Positions 62,411 to 64,000 of a DNA stretch of 64,000 nt are shown in pieces (within the stretch, counting starts at the first letter, position 1; each line of letters begins with the position of its first letter). Position numbers and translations under genes: made by a program. Source of the DNA: Mytilus californianus (taxonomy: Eukaryota); the NCBI RefSeq assembly GCF_021869535.1, contig NW_026262679.1, positions 126,480,001 to 126,544,000 on the forward strand, in the 5' to 3' direction. Under the pieces are notes generated by a model, which was not told the origin of the DNA, ran no database searches, and saw nothing but the letters and a program-made list of their open reading frames with translations.

Positions 62411-64000
62411 TAACTATGTGCATACAGTGTTTAACTTTTTTTGTGTTTTCTTTCATTTCACAAGATTTTAACATGTTTTACATTGAAATCGAACTATCCA
62501 AATTTGAATTTCCTTTTATAAGCTGCAATGTCAAATGATCTGGTGCTGTTTAGAAGAGTCTTCTACATTTTGTGATGATTTGTTAACCCTTTTCAGTCAC
62601 TTTAAAGTGTTACGATACATATTCAAATGCAGCACATAAATAGTAATTGGAAAGGTACTGCCATTGCATGAGAGATTCAGAAACAAAATGACTAAATAAA
62701 ACTAGGAGTTGAATATGATTGCCAATGAGACAACTATCCGTAAAGACTTGATCAATAGATTACAGGTCATCCTTCAACAATCCATATGAGGTTCGGGTTG
62801 AAAAAAATATGATACAAGAACATGAGAAGCGAAAGTAAACAGTAAATTGAAATGCACTCATTAAACTGATAAACTGTTTTAAATGGTTATGAGGTCGACA
62901 AAAAATGAGCTTTGTGATAATCTACAGACTCGTTGCCCAAACCTGAAATAATTCAATTGTCTGCTTATAAAATGCTTTTTTAATTGAATGTGACCGTCTT
63001 CAGCCTGAAATATTTGCCACACTGAACGTTTCGGCATGTTTATGGTGAGTAAATAAAACAGCGTCTTACATTACGTTGTGTTTATCATGATTTTCGATCT
63101 AAAAACTAAGAGACGTTCCGAAATCCTGTATTGGACGGATGAAAACTCGGCCAATATTGGCCGAGTTTTCCTGTATTGGCCGAGTTGACACTTTTGTATA
63201 GCAAAGACAGTTATCATCATATTAAGTCCAATAACAGAGTAGTTAATTAATAAGATACAGTTACAGGGGAGGTAATGACGTTGTTAACGTAAAATGTTAT
63301 TTTTCGCGACGTCAAACTGCGACATATATGGAAAAGATGCATTTTTCGAGTGATTTCAATCATTAACTTGAAAACGAGTACATGGACCCCTCTTTTTTAA
63401 AATGACATTTGACTTGATACTGTATGAAGATTATTAAAAATTTCCGTCAAGTTTTTTTTTTAAATCATGAAAATTTAATAAAAATGAATTATTTCGACAG
63501 AATTGCTAAAAAAAATTAAGAGTATGCTTTTGTAAAGATATTCCAAATCTTTTAAAAAAAAAACGCATGTGTTTATCTTTTGAAACAAAAAAGTTAAGGA
63601 TGTCTGTCCAAAAGATAGAAGTGTCATGAACCCGGCCGAGACTGTAGGTAAATGTCTAAAATTTCTACCCTATTTATCTCTAAATTTAGCACATGAAGGT
63701 ATATTTTTTATCACATATTTGAATTACCTAGGTGAAAAATAGCTTTTATGCAAATTTTCGTAAAAAAATTACCGAGGATTAAAACTGTATCGTATGGCCT
63801 TCAGTTAATATTAGGCAAATCCCTTTTTTACGGGAAGAAATAAACATCAGACGCTTCCAGTGTAGCCCCTGAAGGTTAGTGAAGGTTTTAAGAAGCTTGC
63901 ACCTATTATGTCTGTTTGTTTTGCGCTCACACATTGTTGTCAATATAATGGAGCTTTATGCGACTGTCCAAGTGAGAGTTTTAGCTAGCTATAAAACCAG

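Noticed and set aside
62940-63037. Minus-strand MPKRSVWQIF… reading ending at a phase-2 donor, considered as NOP16 exon 1
   Set aside because: No NOP16 similarity, and it lies in a repeat element. The true exon 1 is 60954-60854.

Overview
AT-rich, intron-rich animal genomic DNA, most consistent with a bivalve mollusc and probably a mussel (Mytilus-like); that taxon call is inferred from repeat style and gene content. I assembled four spliced genes by hand using GT-AG sites and exon phase. (1) A 7-exon secreted yolk-type ferritin (+, 1906-7895, 223 aa). (2) An orphan Lys/Arg-rich protein (-, 13182-17133, about 150 aa or more). (3) A THEG/SPMAP2-family repeat protein (+, 17755-50117), head-to-head with gene 2. 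(4) NOP16 (-, 54274-60954, 178 aa). Nearly all ORFs in the supplied track are artefacts of tandem arrays. The non-coding space is dominated by non-autonomous Helentron-type elements (HINE/pearl/DINE-like) carrying internal satellite arrays, several of them nested, plus MITEs and minisatellites. The most unusual signal is three ultra-short (29-38 bp) palindromic insertions, each flanked by a different perfect 7-bp direct repeat. Two of the three are the same sequence 44 kb apart, which points to a minimal 'TIR-only' mobile unit. Other notable items: co-varying subterminal repeats in a chimeric HINE, GCGNAGC mini-hairpins at the exact centre of three long palindromes, an inverted pair of homologous minisatellite arrays, and a 41-aa Cys-rich ferritin insertion carried on two symmetric exons. 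No database searches were run, and family names rest on recalled sequence similarity.
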